Source of the DNA: an uncultured Erysipelotrichales bacterium
GTDB lineage: Bacteria; Bacillota_I; Bacilli_A; Erysipelotrichales; Coprobacillaceae
DNA length: 28,225 nt
Reading direction: 5' to 3'
Assembly: GCA_964638235.1 (NCBI GenBank)
Contig: CAZWZD010000001.1
Coordinates: forward strand, 1 to 28,225
In this document: positions 26,141 to 28,225 of the stretch, in pieces
Numbering within the stretch: the first letter of the stretch is position 1
Layout: each line of letters begins with the position of its first letter
The notes under the pieces: model-generated
What the model was told of the DNA's origin: nothing
The model's database searches: none
The model's input: only the letters and a program-made list of their open reading frames with translations
Program-made: the position numbers and the translations under genes

Positions 26141-27436
26141 CTACTTTACCGCTACTGCATCTTTAGAGTCCTGAAACTTTAGACTCATCACTTCATCCAT
26201 TGCCATTCCTTTAGCCATCCAAAGAAATGCTAACAGATAATCTTCTTTATTAAATTCTTCCATAAACATATCGTTAGAAGTATTATCAGCACATACAATC
26301 TTTTCACCATCAAAGGTATAATAAATCTTAGGTTCAACTTCTTTCTGATTACTCCAGTCATCAACTAAAATTGTCATTTCCTTTGGATCAACTTCTTGGT
26401 AACCATTTCTTAAAATCATTCTTAGTTCATCTTTACTGATTGCATTTTCCTTATAACTTCCATCAACAATTGCTTCATTAACAGACGCTTCTATCTTTAC
26501 CAGTCGTTCATAATGTCCTTTATCCAAAATATATTCACAGATACTTTCAGCATCCTTGATTGCTGAAAATAATGTATTTGGCTTTTCTTGTATTGCTTTT
26601 AACCAGCTTTGAATATAAGCTTGACTGTTTTCTAAATAATCTTCATTCTTTTGAGGAATAATCCCTAAGTCATTGCAAATAAAAGAAGAACCTATTTCAG
26701 CTCTTAGTTCTTCTATTGCATATGCTTCTTGATCTTCCATAAAGTATTTAATTGGTCTGTTTAATCTACTTTGATGTGCTGTTGAATGTGATACTTCATG
26801 AAATGCATCACTAAAGAATGCATCAGTTAATTTATATCGATGATGATCAGGAACAACTACCTTATCATCATTTAGATTATAGAATGGTGTATTAACTTTA
26901 TGATCCTCATTTAAATCTAGTCCAGTTTCATGAGCAAATTCATAAAGCAGATAATATGATAATGAAAATTGATCATCTATTTCATCTTTAACAATAGCTT
27001 TGTTTTCTTTATACGGTTCAATACCATCCATCTGTTTAGCATTAAATACAGTATAAACCTGTGAGATATATCTGATATCATCTTTTCTATCAGGTTCTTT
27101 ATTTAACAAATCATGTAACTGTGAAAAAGTAAGTTTTTTCTTTTCTTTGGTATCATAAATGCTCCAGTATTCAATGGGTACACCTTTTTCACCTTTATGG
27201 ATATGATAGCCTTTTTCTGATGCCTGTTTGAATGTCATCCATCTTGGATCATCGTACTGATGAATATACTCATTTAAATATAGAATGAATCGATTACTGT
27301 TTTTATAGGTTGTATTTGTAATAGGATTGAATGATGTTCTAGAAGGGATAAAGCCTTGATGCCAGGGTAAATCTTCCTTTTCAAGACAGTCAACAAATAG
27401 CTTTACAATCTCTTCTCTGGCTTTATTCTGTTTCAT
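26141..27436 (-). CDS. ardC: ArdC-family antirestriction protein (ssDNA-binding N-domain and zincin-like domain) with a C-terminal extension
   Basis: LPWHQGF, NPITNTTYKNSN, DPRWMTFKQA..GYHIHKGEKG, YTVFNAKQMDG, HEVSH and YAIEELRAEIGS motifs. The ATG at 27436 has an AGAGGA SD. Confidence 0.9.
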   Translation of the reverse strand: MKQNKAREEIVKLFVDCLEKEDLPWHQGFIPSRTSFNPITNTTYKNSNRFILYLNEYIHQYDDPRWMTFKQASEKGYHIHKGEKGVPIEYWSIYDTKEKKKLTFSQLHDLLNKEPDRKDDIRYISQVYTVFNAKQMDGIEPYKENKAIVKDEIDDQFSLSYYLLYEFAHETGLDLNEDHKVNTPFYNLNDDKVVVPDHHRYKLTDAFFSDAFHEVSHSTAHQSRLNRPIKYFMEDQEAYAIEELRAEIGSSFICNDLGIIPQKNEDYLENSQAYIQSWLKAIQEKPNTLFSAIKDAESICEYILDKGHYERLVKIEASVNEAIVDGSYKENAISKDELRMILRNGYQEVDPKEMTILVDDWSNQKEVEPKIYYTFDGEKIVCADNTSNDMFMEEFNKEDYLLAFLWMAKGMAMDEVMSLKFQDSKDAVAVK

Positions 27437-27536
27437 CTGCAAGTTCCTCTAACGTATAAACAGTATCTTCACTTTCTTCATTGTCATATGGATTGACTTC
27501 ATCAAAATCAAACTGATCTAGTATTTCTAAAGGCAT
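27423..27536 (-). CDS. Unannotated 37-aa hyper-acidic microprotein MPLEILDQFDFDEVNPYDNEESEDTVYTLEELADETE
   Basis: Translated by hand. AAGGAAGGTG SD. Start overlaps the upstream stop and its stop overlaps the ardC start. 15 D/E and no K/R/H. Confidence 0.75.
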   Translation of the reverse strand: MPLEILDQFDFDEVNPYDNEESEDTVYTLEELADETE

Positions 27537-27976
27537 ACTGCTTCACCTTCCTTTGCTTTATAATCCATAAAGTTTAGTTCTGGGTGCTGTTCAATAAAGA
27601 AATCTAATAATGGTTCTAAATCTTTTCTATTTTCACAACCTAAGAAATAATCTGTACCTTCATCAGTAAATTCAATACTGAAGAATACTCTTTTATCTTT
27701 GTCGTATGGATTAGCTAAGCAAAAGACATTATCATGAATGACTTCTGGATTGCCTTCAAAGAATAAAACAAAAGGTGGACAGTCAATTTCTTTTAATGAT
27801 TGTGGATAATCAGGTGCGATGATATTTAATGAATCCTCTTCAATGTCATCAATATACTGATCAATTTCTTCATCTGTTAATCTTTCTTTTGTAGCAATTG
27901 CCTGATAGATTCTTCTAAAATCGCCTTCATACTTTTCAGTAAATGCCATAATGGTATCTTCCATGGATCTATTCAT
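27527..27976 (-). CDS. DprA/Smf N-terminal-like protein lacking the DprA Rossmann core (149 aa)
   Basis: KYEGDFRRIYQAI..E and DYPQSLKEIDCPPFVLFFEGN match the DprA N-terminal signature, but no VGTR/SGLAxGID follows. AAGGAGG SD. Confidence 0.65.
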   Translation of the reverse strand: MNRSMEDTIMAFTEKYEGDFRRIYQAIATKERLTDEEIDQYIDDIEEDSLNIIAPDYPQSLKEIDCPPFVLFFEGNPEVIHDNVFCLANPYDKDKRVFFSIEFTDEGTDYFLGCENRKDLEPLLDFFIEQHPELNFMDYKAKEGEAVCL

Positions 27977-28085
27977 CTTGTGTTTCCTCCTTATATTGTT
28001 GAAGTGCTAGGACTAACTCATCATAAGTAATCCCATCATTATATATATGGATTGGTAAACCAAATTTTTCTTTTAAATCTTCCAT
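27969..28085 (-). CDS. Unannotated 38-aa acidic microprotein MEDLKEKFGLPIHIYNDGITYDELVLALQQYKEETQDE
   Basis: Translated by hand. GGAAGGAG SD; stop overlaps the next ATG (GATGAATAG). Confidence 0.7.
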   Translation of the reverse strand: MEDLKEKFGLPIHIYNDGITYDELVLALQQYKEETQDE

Positions 28086-28101
28086 CTTTTTCTCCTTCCA
28101 A

Positions 28102-28132
28102 TTAAAAAAGGACATCTTTTAAGTTATCCCTA
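28102..28132 (-). terminator. Weak terminator-like hairpin
   Basis: Minus strand AGGGATA-ACTTAAAAGA-TGTCCTT followed by TTTT. Confidence 0.45.
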
Positions 28133-28225
28133 TGCTGCTAAACTAATATCTAGTGATTCCTCAAATAATGGAATCACTTCTTTTGATTTACTGTCATATT
28201 CGAAAATATGATTAGCAAGTTGTTC
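28130..28225 (-). CDS. 3' end of an ORF entering from outside the window (...EESLDISLAA*)
   Basis: Open frame of 31 codons from the window edge to the TAG at 28130-28132. Confidence 0.55.
   Translation of the reverse strand, partial: EQLANHIFEYDSKSKEVIPLFEESLDISLAA

Larger units (their letters stand above)
1..28225. mobile_element. Internal segment of an ICE or conjugative element (MOBL relaxase, VirD4, ArdC, defence and metabolic cargo); boundaries lie outside the window
   Basis: Relaxase, type IV coupling protein, ArdC and sigma-region-4-like genes are co-oriented. No integrase or att site is visible, so ICE versus plasmid cannot be settled here. Confidence 0.85.

Noticed and set aside
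28130-28225. tmRNA because of the LAA-stop ending
   Set aside because: The frame is open for at least 31 codons with ordinary protein composition, and there is no tRNA-like 3' end nearby.

Overview
This is a low-GC (roughly 30% by eye) Firmicute window, with nearly all genes on the minus strand. It looks like an internal segment of an integrative conjugative element or conjugative plasmid; no integrase, rep or VirB4 gene is present in the window. Read in transcription order (right to left), it has four parts. (1) A putative leading region: two unannotated acidic micro-ORFs, a truncated DprA-like ORF and ArdC. (2) A candidate oriT, two ribbon-helix-helix-like ORFs, a MobL-type relaxase and a VirD4 coupling protein. 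Two redox cargo units interrupt this module: MerR with an Fe-S flavoenzyme, and an SDR with TetR. (3) A pentapeptide-repeat protein, hypothetical proteins and an Ig-like surface protein. (4) A defence island (HTH, SNF2 helicase, DUF4391-like, two type III mod genes, a frameshifted res, DUF4268-like), followed by two sigma-region-4-like genes. The most striking unexplained signal is a perfect 22-bp palindrome, TACAAGGTAAATTTACCTTGTA. It occurs four times exactly and twice at 20/22, sits 3-13 bp upstream of backbone start codons, and brackets the cargo units. Protein family assignments come from motif recognition only; no database search was run.
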